This document shows, one piece after another, positions 13,082 through 26,724 of a DNA stretch of 64,000 nucleotides. Source of the DNA: Styela clava. Taxonomy: Eukaryota. Positions within the stretch are counted from its first letter, which is position 1; every line of letters starts with the position of its first letter. The stretch lies in contig NC_135263.1 in assembly GCF_964204865.1 (NCBI RefSeq), positions 14,322,001-14,386,000 on the forward strand. The letters are read 5' to 3'. The notes below the pieces were generated by a model. The model searched no databases. It saw only the letters and a program-made list of their open reading frames with translations, and was not told where the DNA came from. A program made the translations under genes and the position numbers.

Positions 13082-15467
13082 ATGTCGCTTATGCAGGTTT
13101 CCATACGGTGAGTTGATAAATAATATTTGCAAGTTATATAGCTTGCCCTCTCGTTATATTCGTGTTTTGGACGTAAATTTACGCCAATTTTAAGACGGAT
13201 TTTTCATTTAGAGGTTGACACAGCTACTCAGGTGCATGCATCTGAAACAAATAACTGACCGACTAATACAACATCCGGAATGAACTGGTAATCGGACGAG
13301 AGGACGTGATACGGCATATGATTGAGCCGTCTCATCAGATTTCCCATCCCCAGAAATAAAATAATTTCCTATTCTTACTTCATGAGTTTAAAACTAATTG
13401 CGGAATAAATGATAAATAACGAAACAGTTTTGCGTTAAAACCATAGATTAGTTAAAAATAAACGGGAAAACAATAAAAAATTGGAGAGATTAAATATATA
13501 TACGAAAGATTTGAGCTGCCGTTGAAATCCAATACAAAAAAATTAAATTAGAGCAACACGTAATCAACAAAGTAGGCATTTCTATTTGAAATTCCAATGA
13601 AAACCTTATTATTTTAGGTGGAATCAAAATCAATCTCTAGCGCAACAATTGCCAAGATTCATTCAGACTGAGGGCTCACCATTTAAACCTTTACAAAGCA
13701 GGAGAGCTGCAAGGAGTTATCCTGGAATAACATCAGGATTCGTTTCAGCAAGAGATTCTGATCCACGAGCTCCATCGACAGCATATAGACTACCAAGACT
13801 TCCTCTTGAACGACATCTGAGAAGTCGGTTGCAAAGAGATTATGTATACAAGGAACCTCTGAGTGAATCGCATTTTCTTATACACAAAGATCCAAGGTAC
13901 ATAATACAGATTGTATTTATGATATAGATTCTACTAGAATCAGTTTTAGTATATATATCGCGAAGAAGTATAAAAAATAAAACTATATTTCCATTGGCTT
14001 GGCAAAAAAGTCTTTGTCCAGAACAGATTCAAATGAATTGAATGTCAGCAATGACTCCATATTAAAACTAGGCATGAAATAACATTATATTTAAAATAAA
14101 ACTATTTTACAGAACTGGGACTCCGGCTGGACCAGGTATATCACCTGATCTGCGGATAAAACCAAGAAGCACAAAATGCCGTCGCCCACCGCAAACTGCT
14201 GCTGCGCTTACAACAACTATAGAAAACCATTCATTTCCTACAGGTATGCATCGTCAGATTATCGGAGCTGAGAATTTCAGGGAAACACTTTAACCGTTAA
14301 CCGGGTAAAATTACCCGGTAAACCATCACGTGACGTTTGCTCGTTGCGTCCCGATGATTACCCGGTTAACCATTCCCAGCCCTACTAATTAGGTCCGCCT
14401 GATGGCTTAAACGTAAAATTCAGGCGATAAATTATATAGCTATAAACGAAAATAGTTTTTATGACTTGGATGTTCTTTTATATCGGCTAGTACCAGAAAA
14501 TATTAATCTCATTGATTCACAGGTCTGAAGGCACACAGATTAATTCCTCATTGGAAACATGCGATTTCAAACGCTCCGAATTTGCCTATAATACATCTTC
14601 AACGAAATAAACCTAGAGATCCTGGAACTCCTCCTCAATCAGAAATAGACTACAGCCATCACCTGCCAACGTAAAGTATTTAGTTTTATCAATTATTACT
14701 GCGTTCTCCAGGGTTTAAAATTATTTTAAGTACAACTTAAATTTAAAAACCTAGGTCGAGTAACAGATTTCGCTCGTATTTTTTGGTCTGTGTTAGGTCA
14801 TTTTTTTTTTATCAGGAGTGACTTTATTGATAACCACTGTATAAATCACTTCTTTTTATTGCCCCATAATCACAAGGGCGAATAAAAATTCTATAAAAAA
14901 ATTCGTTCACATTTAGTTTCCTCAAACCTACTTTCAGTCGCCTAATATACTTTTTGAAAGTTCGAAACCGCTTAATAGATTGTGTTGTTTATGGCTTTGT
15001 CGACATTTGTATTAAAACTAACTGTAAATCTGAAAATAATTGCCTAACGCCTTGCCGTTTTTCCTACCGTAGCACTTTGTTGCCTTCGCATTTATATATT
15101 GTCCTATGCGCAGTCAGATATTTTGCCTCGTCTGTTTGGAACTTAACCTATTTTAAATATTTTCAGACTGCATATACATACACAAACACCTACACCAAGT
15201 CCGCCACCTACAACAGCACGACAACCACAAGAGAATTTTCCTCTTCCACCATCAGTGCATACTTCAGATGAAGAACGAAAATTAACTTGGCAACTTTCGC
15301 CATACGACAACAAAAACTTTGACAAACAAGGACTTGGTCCAAATCAGGGGCCATTCTCGCGGGAACTGCCAAGAAAGTGCATGCCACCAGCTAACTGGTT
15401 GCGTATGAAATTGCGAACTAGAATTCAAATGAGAAAACGGCAACAACTAAGCGCGACGGTGAAATAA
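13082..15467 (+). CDS. Uncharacterised 294-aa Pro/Arg-rich, probably disordered protein. Exons 13082-13107, 13618-13896, 14113-14243, 14523-14670, 15167-15467
   Basis: Five exons with GT-AG junctions sum to 885 nt in one open frame (MSLMQVSIRWNQNQSLAQQLPRFIQ...PGTPPQSEIDY...KRQQLSATVK). They link ORF-track fragments 13649 and 15255. No recognisable domain. Confidence 0.78.
13228..13375 (+). mobile_element. SINE family A, 3' half
   Basis: catgcatctgaaacaaataactgacc...ggtaatcggacgagaggacgtg...gagccgtctcatcagatttccc matches the family. Confidence 0.7.
14275..14385. mobile_element. Degraded hAT-like MITE remnant
   Basis: Repeated aaccggg/ttacccggt(t/a)aacc palindromic units; the right end reads ccattcccagcccta; the left end is unclear. 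Confidence 0.35.
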
Positions 15468-15853
15468 AAATGAGCCAGCCGTGTTTACATCCTCAGCACC
15501 CGGCGGCAAGAGTGACAAATAATCTTTGCCCAGAGAGCCCTCCACAAAAAAAATGTTTCATTTATGCTTGTTTACGGATACCAATCGGTTGGCACAAAAA
15601 GCTTGAAATATTTGCCAGCCCGAATTTTCTCTGGGAATCAGCGCTGAGCCCCATTTGCATGAATGAAACTCATTACGTGAATACCCCAACATCCTGCCAC
15701 CAAATTAACTATCCTGACCCAGAACATAGTCGTGATTGAATCCAACTTCATATGCTAACTCTAACCACTTGCCCTGAAAGTATGTCTACCAAAACTCAGA
15801 AGTGTGTTGAAACGGGAAAAGACATTTTCGTGACACCGTTTCCAAATCACAAG

Positions 15854-15963
15854 AGTGCTCCAGAAGTATGTATACCAAGATGGCGCACAACCTGAACCCT
15901 AACCTGGTACACATACTATTTTCAGGTTGTGCACCATCTTGGTGCACATACTTCCGGAGGTCC
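15854..15963. mobile_element. Second, inverted copy of the 110-bp fold-back MITE
   Basis: gtgctccagaagtatgtataccaagatggcgcacaacctgaa...ttcaggttgtgcaccatcttggtgcacatacttccggaggtcc; degenerate TSD atcacaag / gtcaaaag. Confidence 0.78.
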
Positions 15964-16405
15964 GTCAAAAGGACTAGGTCTTTCGTAATCACTGAACACC
16001 AACATTTTTGGAGCAGACCAGAACCCTAAACAAGCGATTTCGAGGATATCCTAAGATTCAGAGTGTGCAATTCTTTAAGAAATTTCTAGTTAACGGTACA
16101 TTTGATTTTAATATAAATTGAATATTACGAACCTTATCATGAAGAATATTTTTTATCCATGGCCAGATAAGACTACCTCGAGAAAAATATGAATTTACCT
16201 TGACTTACTATATTGTTACAGAATTGTAGAGGTGGACATTTTTTAACCCATTCCCAGCATACTACAACTGCCAATGGTAAATAGAATGAGCAGAACTATT
16301 AACTGCTATCAATTATATAACAAAGTAAATTTTCTTTATTGGCGAAAGCGACACGAAAGTGCTATGACTTATTACAAAATACTGCAACACATATGGAAGC
16401 AGTAA

Positions 16406-19400
16406 CTACAGAGTTTTAATAAATTTCCTGAAAGTTCTGACATCTTGTCCATGTTTCTCACAAAAAATTTCATCTGTACCACGAAACACATCATCTAATG
16501 ATATATAACCTGGTTTATCTCTTTTATATTGTGCTTTCTTCAAATGTTTCAAAAAATAATGGCGCTCCATTACAATCTGTGAAATAAAAAAATAAATGGG
16601 AGAAATACAGAAAAATTACGGTGGATTTTATATAGGAGATTACTCTATCAAGTTATCCAGTAAACTAGATTGTGTCCGGGGTTGCCCTTTACAATGGATC
16701 ACCATTGGATATGGGAAAAAAACATTATCTCAATCCCTCAGCATTATCTGATTTCATACAAGAGAGTATACATCAGCTTCTTTTTGTATTTCACATTCAA
16801 TAATGGTGCTCAGAATGCACTTGAAATCATAAATTATCAGTTTTGGCTAACACTACAGTCCCACCACCTGAAAAGCTAATGTTCAGTACAAAAACACAAT
16901 GCCTCAACAATATGAAGCCATGATAATTTCCTTTGGGACTTTGGGCCATATCGAACAATATTAATATATATTGTTGATTCATGTACGAAAGTGTTATGTT
17001 TATGCAATATTTACCCCTATTCTTGAACCGAATGCCATTGGAAAATCAACAAGTTCTTCATTTGAATATCCCATCTCACGATTATAGAATTTGTATAAAA
17101 GATCAAGTTGCTTAGCATCTGTAAATATCAATATAAAATTCAGAGAAAAAGCTGACCGATGATCTCTGTGAAATGGTGCTTTCTAAGCACTCTAGGTAAA
17201 AACTTTGAGAAATGATGCAGAAATTGATATATTATTAGACCAAAATCTATACTGGAACTGGAATGGCAAACTCAAACTATTAATTAAAGATGAAACAATG
17301 CAACTGACAACATGAAACTCCTCGCAATAAAAATTTACAGAATGAAATGAGAAATAATAAGTTGAAAGTGACCACCTATGCCGGAAATGCTGCAAATGCC
17401 TACAATAGAATCATCCTTGCAACATAGATCCTAGGGCAGCCTTGGCTGAAGTTTCAAAAAATAAAATCTAATTCTAAACCGGGGTTTCCATTATATACCC
17501 AATGTGACTAACCTTTGATAAGTATGTGGGGAAATCCCAAAATTAACTTTCTTATTTGTAATAATGTGAATTCACAAGAAAGTTCCAAAGTTCTGACTTG
17601 TTCATATACTCCATATAGATTGCTTAAAATAAGTATTGGACACCTGTAAATATAAGTGAAAATTTTTAGCAATTTAGGATAGAAGAGAACCTATTTATTC
17701 TTGAATTAATTGTAATTTTTCAAAGTACCGGTAATGCTTATTTGAAATTGAAATATATATACAAATTGTCATGAATCATAAATTACAGTCTTAACTTTCG
17801 ATTTATGACAATTCCAGAGTCTATGAGAATGACCATGTCTCTTTCAGAGCATGTTTTAATCTTTTGCCTTATTCTCAACATTTATTACAAAATAAATTAT
17901 CTTCACCTTTAGGCGTGGGTTTACAGGTTCGAATCCAGTGGGGGATAATTATGTGGGCGAGAATTGCTTTCCACCTCGTCGCCGTAACGTGGTTCACGTA
18001 ACCGTTTGTCGGTTATGGCTTCCTTCACCATAAAGTCCATGCATCTGAAACAATTAACTGACCAACCAATCCCATACCAGACATGAACTGGTAACCAGAC
18101 AAGAGGCTATGGTTCGCCATATAATTAAGCCATATTATCGGCTTTCATCTCCCCCGAGATAAATATGTGAATCCTATCCTAAGCATATCCCACTATATTT
18201 ATATTATCCCACATATCCCAAGTATTTCAATGAAAATAAAAAATATACCTTATACTCATTTTCTCAAAACAGCTTTTTCAACTTTGCCCTATGATTACTA
18301 AATTCCTCCTAAAATGTCCAAATAAATTACATCCCTCCTTTCATTTTGAATGAGCTTTTGGCAAAAAAAAATACCCATCCAAGAATTGAAATTCACCTTA
18401 GTAGTTTTAGTGTCTTCTTCCTACCTTCATAAAGCAGACCAAGCATGTTGTGAAAATTATGTCATAAATTGAGAACAGACCTGATTATTATAATTTTCAG
18501 TTCTTTATTTGTGAATTGAATTTTTCGTTCTGATCTGTTTGTAGCAAGCTTTTGGTAAAATCCCAAAATCCCGTCCAACTCAAGCACAGGATTAGATAGC
18601 ACAGCTGGACATCTAACTATCAAGGACAACATTTCTTCTTTTGTAAACTTTTTTTCAGAGAGATAGTCAACTCTGTGGATAGAAAAAGATGTATAAGTAT
18701 ACGTAGGGCTGTTTAATCGGAGTTTGTGGTACACTTTCATTGAGTTGAAATTTTGAGTTCCTCAAGTAGAGATTTGGAATTTTTGGCTTTGTTATGTGTT
18801 ACTTGTTATGGCATGCGTATGGTGTTAAAGTATAATGAAGTAGAACATACTGGTAGACAAATACTCAAAATAGATCTTGTTTGAACTATTCTCCTCTTAG
18901 ATTACTCTGATATTAAATTTGGCCCATGCTCGAGCAAGTTTTCCTAAACATATCAAATAAAAAATAGAAGGATATACCTCTTCTCATCAACTTACACTTC
19001 TTTCATATTCTGTATGTCCAATTTAGGATCCAAGATAAGAGGATTCTTTGTAATAATTCGGCTTACTTCTTCATGTAATATTCCGAGATCTATTAAAAAT
19101 TCAACTTTTGGCTTCATGTCATTAATTAAGTCTAGAGTTGCCAAGAAATCTAGTGCTTTGGGGTGTGTTCTTTCAATTGAATGAAGCTCAACACCCATTG
19201 TTATCAGTGCTTTCAAACTTTTTGAATAATTGGCAAAATCCGCAAATGATTGTGAATGATCTGGTGTTGCAGGAAAATTGATATCAATTGTTTCAAGACA
19301 ATGCTTATTAAAGTCTTTCCAGTCCATTTTTTTGATTTCAACCTCAGTTCCATCCTCCCGTTTTAAAGTGTGAATCGTTGAAAATTTAAAATTGGAATTG

Positions 19401-19570
19401 TTAATTCTTCGATGTTTATTCTGAAGAATATTATTCCCCATATTGGAAGAAATAATATTACATATTGTTCTTGAGTAACCACTAAATGAATCAGTGTAAT
19501 TTGAAACACACATAATCCTTTTACAAGCCATAGAACACCGAAAACATTGTATGGGAATTGAAGAATACAT
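16406..19570 (-). CDS. MTERF3: Mitochondrial transcription termination factor 3 (~390 aa). Exons 19570-18996, 18672-18481, 17643-17513, 17118-17015, 16576-16406
   Basis: mTERF repeats (MKPKVEFLIDLGI...IITKNPLIL; VDYLSEKKFTKEEMLSLIVRCPAVL) and the MTERF3-type C-terminus ERHYFLKHLKKAQYKRDKPGYISLDDVFRGTDEIFC...FIKTL. The exons sum to 1173 nt in frame. Confidence 0.92.
17910..18180 (+). mobile_element. tRNA-derived SINE family A, most complete copy (MTERF3 intron)
   Basis: Pol III B-box ggttcgaatcc near the 5' end, a conserved core and a 3' tail aatcctatcct; at least 6 dispersed copies in the window. Confidence 0.8.
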
Positions 19571-19675
19571 AACAGTTTTCTGGTTTTGAGTTTTTAAGCT
19601 AAAACTGAAAAAAATAAATCACATTATTTATATTCTGTGCTAAAGTTCGTTCACTAATATTCAACCAATACTGCA

Positions 19676-19905
19676 ATAGGATAGGATTTACATATTTATT
19701 CCGAGGGAGAGGAAAGCCGATAAGACAGCTTAATCATATGGCGAACCACGGGCTCTCGTCCGGTTACTGGTCCAGGTCGGGTATGCAGGTATGGGTTTAG
19801 TTAGTCAGTTATTTGTTTTTTTTCGTACGCATGGACTTGATGGTGGAGGAAGCCGTGAACGACCAGCGGTTACGTTAACCACCGTAAGGCGGCGAGGAGT
19901 CCAGC
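19676..19905 (-). mobile_element. SINE family A, minus-strand copy
   Basis: ataggataggatttacatattta...gaaagccgataagacagcttaatcatatggcgaaccacgggctctcgtccggttac is the reverse complement of the family 3' end. Confidence 0.78.
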
Positions 19906-20339
19906 TACCGTATGAATCCATTCCTATCTGTACAGGAACTCAATTATCACAAATCAAACATTAACAGACAATCAGCGAATGAAACAAATCCAATCTCGTG
20001 AGCTAAATACAGAAATATCAGAGTATAATACCTGTGCACCCAAGTTCAGAAGTTTGAACAGGCTTGCAATATTGCAAGCAAACTCTGCAAAGTCTACGGT
20101 ATCATCTAACAATACAATATACTGATATTTATATATTCCAGGATCCAGATCGTACTCTAGCACTCCACAGCTCTAATTCCCAAATTTTGAACGCAATAGT
20201 TGCGCTAACACAAATGGCTAGCATGATACCAAACCTCCACCAACCAAACGATACAAGGGGTTTGCAATATAGGCTACTTTAGAAAGTGGAACGCACAGAA
20301 CACATTTGAAATGTTTCCTTGGCCCTTGACCCCGATACC

Positions 20340-20520
20340 GAGAGAGAGAGAGAGAGATTTATTGTTTTGTCAACCGTAAACGAACAATGGTACACAAAAT
20401 AATATATACAATATACACAAAGTTAATTCGGTATAGACTGGGGGGAGCGATACGACCATAAGGTCATCGGAGTCAGCTCCCCCCAAGTTCACTAGGCTAT
20501 TAGGATTCACAGTTAAATGT
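20340..20520 (-). mobile_element. Probable 3' end of a non-LTR retroelement (stem-loop, AATAAA, (TC)n tail)
   Basis: On the minus strand a GC-rich hairpin (ggggggagc...gctcccccc) is followed by caataaa and then directly a (TC)n microsatellite. Confidence 0.5.
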
Positions 20521-22254
20521 ATATAAATAAGAAATAAAATAAAAAAGATACTCATTGGAGAGTTGACCAGAACTCTTACAGAATATTTTTGGGATTAGGC
20601 TATAAGATGGTTTGATCAATGGCATTTTCAGCTTTTAGGGGTGGGGTTTGACTCCTAGTAGGTCCATTTCATAACATTTTTTTGTTTTGCATGCAATGTA
20701 GGAGACTATCTAATAAATACAATACTTATGTATTAAGCTGGTTGAATATTGTTCGTCACATCAAAAATTTCTACTGAAAGATAGAAGCCAGAACATACCA
20801 GTGGATACGGTAACTGCCTGAGGCTTGAAATAAGCGATAATTGGAGTGATATAACAGTACCGGTATTCTTCCTATACTTAATCACCGAGATGCTAATTTT
20901 GAGAATGTTTCTTGGGTTCGTGTGTAAAAAAGATTTACATTTTTAAAATCATTACTTTCTGGTTTGCTCCCAAATATTCTGAATATTCGAGAAACTGCCA
21001 TTATGCAGTAAAAGACAATGACAAGGATACTACCAGTATCATACCGGTACCGAAACCAAATATCCCTCAAAACGAAAGCACCGATGAGTTTTATGACATG
21101 AGGCTAAATTTTAGAAATATGGTTGAAAAAGAGCAAAAGATATCCAAAACTACGAAAACGAGCCCATATTTACAACCATGAACCATGCTTGGCACAAGTC
21201 AGCTCTAATTTGTTCCATCACTGTCGACTTGTCGCTTTTCAACATTGAAGTCCTATTCGGGGAAACATCCTATCCGAACCGGATTTTCAGAAAAAGATTT
21301 TATTTTCGAATCCTTATAAATCAAATTCAATTTGCAAAAAAAACTTGGGTTAAAAAAAAATTTAGTACGGAAATTTAAAAATATCCTTTCTTAGTGAATT
21401 ACGGACTTTCAAACGAACCATCGGAGCGTGACGGCTGCTGCCAGACACTGTTTTTATCTCACTCTTGGGGGACGCGGCGGTTTCGCTTTTCATTAGCGAG
21501 TTTGAGCTGTTGCTTCAGGGCCAATGTTGCACCTGGAGTGTACTGGATCAGGTGGAACTCGTAATATCTTTTTCCAAGGTATAAAATACGGTACCGTACT
21601 ATATATACTATGCTGACTATATTAGATAGGATGTCCGGCTACCAGTACTGCAGTACCTGGTAGCACTGAAGTCCGGTACCTGCCATACAGTTCTTCAAGT
21701 TGTGTCAATGCCACTGCTTACTACCGCGTTTCCCCAAAAATGAAACCTTGTCCGAATTATGAAAATTATTGTAATATAAGCCCTTTAAAATGATAGTCCA
21801 TACCTAAATTTGAAGAAATTGTAACTTGATGGCAAATTTGTGGAGCGAAATCACAGGCTGAAAGACGTCTGTTTGCTGTTGCTGACTTGACTACATAAGG
21901 TGAATATAAGTTGTAATCGGAAACCTCACAAAAATACAGTATGACAAACCTTTCAAATATAGCATTGGGCCAAAAAACTCCAATCATGAAATAACAAAAC
22001 ATGTTGATTCCAAACAATCATATATTATAGTATATATTTCGATACAAGGTGAAATGACACAAAGTTTCAAACACCGATATGACATTACTGTTTAACATAT
22101 ATAATATGTGTTGCCTTTTTGGTTTTATATATTAGAATCTGAACCTATATATTATTTTCATTAAAAACATGAACTATGACAATAGACAATACGTTTATTT
22201 CGTCGTGCCATAAATCACAACACAAGTTCACAACAGATAAAAAATTATGCATTA

Positions 22255-22750
22255 CAGTAACAGATTTCATTGCAATTGACAGGAAATCGCGAAGGGCCAG
22301 AAATGGTCATCATAAGTCAGCGACACCTAGATTTATGACGAGTCAAAAGTAAAAATTGCAATTAAAGAAAGCAATGGATACAAAGAGAAACTTAGCCTTC
22401 AAAAAATTACCAACAAAACAGGGAGTGATATAAATATTCATATACGGTAGCATTTGAGAGAGAGAGAAAAAACATAAGGCGGGAAAATTCAGTGATTAAT
22501 TTTTTTTTATCTTCGTTCATTTCGTCATGCAGGAAATAATACACAAATTCAAGGCACAGCTTATACAATACAGAAACGGATTTAGTCGCAATTTTAAAAG
22601 CAGGTGGCTTTCATCGCAAGAAACAGAAGGGGTCATCATAAGTCTGCGACACCAACATTTGAAATGAGTCAAAAATTGAAATATTAAAAAAAGGTCACGG
22701 TAGAGAATATTAGTCATTCGAAAAAATTGTCCAACAAGGGGAGGGAGGGT
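22255..22750. repeat. Diverged ~330-bp-period tandem duplication
   Basis: ggtcatcataagtc(a/t)gcgacacc...gagtcaaaa...ttag(c/t)c..tc.aaaaaatt..ccaacaa at ~22305 and ~22632. Confidence 0.65.
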
Positions 22751-24692
22751 AAAGATTCCTGTGAAACATCACATATAATTTTAGAATGAGATAAAAAAAA
22801 GTCTGCGAAATACAATAAGACAGAGTAGTTTTGAGAAAAAAAAACGGTTTAGCATATCAATTTGCTGAACTTCTGTATAATGGCAACTATTAAATATTGT
22901 CACTTGCAACATCAAATCGAGCTATATTTTTTTATTTGCAGAAGAATAAATAAATAAAAATTACATAACTTTTAGGTATGAATGCGAAAGCAGAATTCAT
23001 ACTCCATGTACATCCAACATATGAGATTTGAAAGTGAGAAGAGAAAATGATGCAGTTTAAATCTGACTGTGAAATAGGAAAAACAGTCTCGGTGAACTTA
23101 TTGCCACCAACTAACAAATGTCAGCCGGGCCATCAAAAATCCTGAGAACAGAAACATATTCAAGTCTTATAAGTCTAAAGGTGATTGCATGAGTAATAGA
23201 AAATTTAGAATGAAGTGATTGAGGTATGTCATATTTGATAAAGCAAAATCAATTCATCGCGACTGTAAAAGCTATCATTTTCATTCCCAAAATCACCATC
23301 ATTTTATACAATTCATGATTCGTTCGCTGTTCTACATAGGTAATATATTCAAAAATTTGCATTGCACCTTATTCATCATGTATGTTTTTCTCAATATATT
23401 TCAGATGCAGATTATACAATCACAAAAAGAGCTGTGGTGAAGTTTGAACAAAGTGTACCCTTGCTAAGCATTCTTGGTTGGGAAAGTTGAATTGTGTTCT
23501 CATGTTGTTGCAATATATTTTGAACCTACTTATCTTGGGAATTCTAAATTAAGCAAAATATTATTGTGTTCAAATTTGAATAAAGAAATTTTTTTTTTTT
23601 TAATGCTGATGCAACCAAAGCCAGTGTAATAAGACCAGATCCCAATTTATTGTAAATTTGAGACATAACTTTCTTCAAAAAATTAAGTCTACCTTAAATT
23701 TCAAATGCCATTCACTTATTAATTTCTTGCATATCACCATTATTGCAATTTATACAAATCAACTTATGTAAAATTTCATTTTTAATAAAAAATATCATAA
23801 TTATTGTTGAGTGTTCGAGGGGTGCGAGTTTGACATCCTCTGGTCTACCATGCTGAGAAGGCATCCAAATGATATCCAGGCTTCAGCCCCGATCATCTAT
23901 TAAACAGATTCCACATCCAGTAGGGCATTTATGCAGAGTCCCAACAACTTGGGGGATCATTCCTTTTCCTAATTTTCAATTGTAATCTTCTTATTAAAAC
24001 ATGATTGGTACCTAATCAAGGGTGAAATTTCCTTTCTTGATAGCTGCTTTCTCACTCGATATAGTTACATTCTTTTGCAGTTCATTACAATATACAATAC
24101 AATTTTATTTCGATTACTCTTACTTTGCAAAGTACGTCCTTTCATAGATAGCTCTTAGGTATGTAATCCTTTTCCTCTGGAAAGTTTAGCTCCCAAATAT
24201 CAGGTAAATCCTGCTCGGTGTATTCCAGTGCAATGACTGAATGAGAAAATCCAGTCTGCCAGTACCATCACTTTTGAAGTAGATCCGTCTGATTTGTGTG
24301 ACTGTGTAACAGAGCAGCTCAAATTCATAACAGATATACAAGCTAGTCTGTATTCAATCTATAAATGAGAAAAAGGCTGTTGAAAAAACGCTAACACACA
24401 GCGATATATTTAAACAAGTCAAAGCAACGCACAAGTATAAACCTGACGAAACGTGCTACGCAACGAGTGTCCCCCTAAACAGCACAAAAAACGGAGCTGG
24501 CAGCATCGGTCAAAGGTCATGAAAGTTGGTAATGCCAGATAAAAAACAAAAGTTTTTAATTACGCATGATTACTCAAGCAGAATAACCATTGTGATGTAA
24601 CAATTTCCCCAGCCTACCAACCAGTTACCACGAGACTGTTGCTAACGTTACGAACTTGGACTAAAATTCATTCTTGGGTAAATTTTTGTGGA

Positions 24693-26724
24693 ATGGCGTA
24701 CCATTTTCACACTACAAGAAAAAAAGAATTCGGTTGGATATCTCGTGTTGTCCTGACTTTGACATTGGTATATATGATCACTATTTGTACAACAAATGGT
24801 CTCGAAGTCAAAAGACTCAACTTCAGTGACAGTTTATGTGAAACCGACGGAGACCAAAACGAACTTCGTGAAGGCATCAGGATAACCAGGTTGAAACACC
24901 GTGTTTATCATACTGGCAGATATCGTAGTCTAAGTTCGAGTGTTTATTATCGTTTGAGGAGTGTTGTTCGTGAAAACCAGAAAGACCTCGTTATTGTCGT
25001 AGCGACTGGATTTTTTGCTGTTCTTGGTCTAGCTTTTTGTCAAATCTTCAGAATTATGTTCAAGAAATGTCTTTTTGACACTGCGGACGCAGGAAAGAGT
25101 TTTGAAGTGGCTAGTACATTAGTTTTTGACGAAAAATTTGGGTCGAAAAAAACGACCGAAGATACATGTCTTCAAGATATTGATGTTCAAAGATTACTGG
25201 ATGAGTTCAATTCGTCCGGGTATATTACAGGAAGTCCAGGATTCAAGAAAAGACAATTATCAAAAGATAGTGCAGGGGAAGAAATTGCCAAAAATGTTGC
25301 GCCACTAGAAGATACTGAGAGTACATATCCATACGATACAGACACCAGTAATAACAGTGTCGTATCGAATCAAAGTCATTTGTGCACCTTAACGGATGAA
25401 TATACCAGCACTCCAAAATCATCTCTTCTTGTGAGCGGGAAGAAATCTAACGGAAATGCAAGTTTTTCAAGTTTATCTACGCCACAGCATCATTTCTATG
25501 ATAAAAGAGAAACTCAAACATCTATGACTACTGGCGCCGTTACATTTGCGTCGTCTGTCAAAACTATAACCAATGTTGGATCCCCAGTAGTTGTCGGGTT
25601 TAATGTAGAATCCACAGACTCCGAAAGTCGTGGAAATGTTTTAGCAAAGGAAAATAATTTTTCTGTTTCGGAAGCTCAGCTTTACAACAAGTTGAATGAA
25701 ATGAAGCAATTCCATGACGAAAACAGAAAAGAAAAAGTCCTGAAAACCAAACAAACGGTACAGTATTGATGATAATTACTTACACGGCTAGCGTAGTAGT
25801 TTATTATTGTTTAAATTTATTCCTACTAAAGAAGGTTCAAATCATCGTTACGAACAATAATTTTTGTGAGTCATTTCAATTGATTAAGTACAAAACTACG
25901 TTTCAAGTATCATAAATTTTTATGTTTTGTATTGTGTATCCGAGGTGATGTGGTGATATTCAAATCTTAGATCTTTAACGTATAATGTCAACGTACTTTG
26001 GTATTGTGATTGTACTTCATTTTTATATAAATACTCGTATTTTTAGGTTCTGAAAGACATTTCAAAAATGACCAATGTTCCATTGAGCAAAATGCACAAA
26101 AACAACCAATCACCACAAAATAAAAAAGACTCTCTTGAGGAAATGTACCAACGTCTTCAGTCAAGGCGACTCACTTTAAATAAACTAAATAGCCAGATTG
26201 TTGCGATTAAAAGTAGAACAGAGCAATCAAAATTGCGCGAGTCATACTGGCGAGAAAAATTGTACGAAGCAAGTAAGAATGATCACGAACAGGAACAGAG
26301 AAAACTTCTAGCAAAGTTGAAGCTCATTCAAGAATATAAACGTTCTATCATTAAATGCACTGACAAAGCAATGGCATTGCGTAGTCAATTTTGTGGCAGG
26401 AATAGTCGCCACAGCGGCGAACCTCGCTGTTATGATTGTCGCATTGGGCGGCACCCTGCGGATGTCGCAGTTAGACCAGCTCTAATTATGCCCTTTCACG
26501 ATGATATTGTTATGAGCGAACCTGGCCCGATTCTCTGTCGATCTGACGGATTTTGGCCTGGTTGCCCGATAGTTAAAAATATAAATGAACGTTATGATGC
26601 ACTGAAAATGGGTCAATATGTATCCCTTGATGTAAAACTTGAACGTATTTCTAAAATGCAAAAGCAATTACAGTGGGAAATGTTTAATAAAAGGTATTTG
26701 AACAATGGCCTTCTGAAAATGTGA
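24693..26724 (+). CDS. Uncharacterised ~580-aa membrane protein with Ser/Thr-rich and coiled-coil regions. Exons 24693-25757, 26047-26724
   Basis: Two long ORFs join in phase 0 (caaacg|gtacag ... ttttag|gttctg). N-terminal hydrophobic segment VVLTLTLVYMITICTT, TM segment LVIVVATGFFAVLGLAFCQIF, heptad-like segment LEEMYQRLQ...KLLAKLKLIQEY, and a Cys/Pro C-terminal part. Confidence 0.8.

Noticed and set aside
15480-15780. ORF 15470-15739, or a second SINE family on the minus strand
   Set aside because: The ORF lies in the probable 3' UTR with no support. The A/B-box-like motifs are degenerate and I found no second copy in the window.
17910-17945. tRNA gene at GGTTCGAATCC
   Set aside because: No complete cloverleaf; it continues into a dispersed repeat, so it is a SINE head.
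19972-23440. Protein-coding gene between MTERF3 and the 24693 gene
   Set aside because: Only short ORFs; I could not assemble a consistent spliced frame or recognise a domain.
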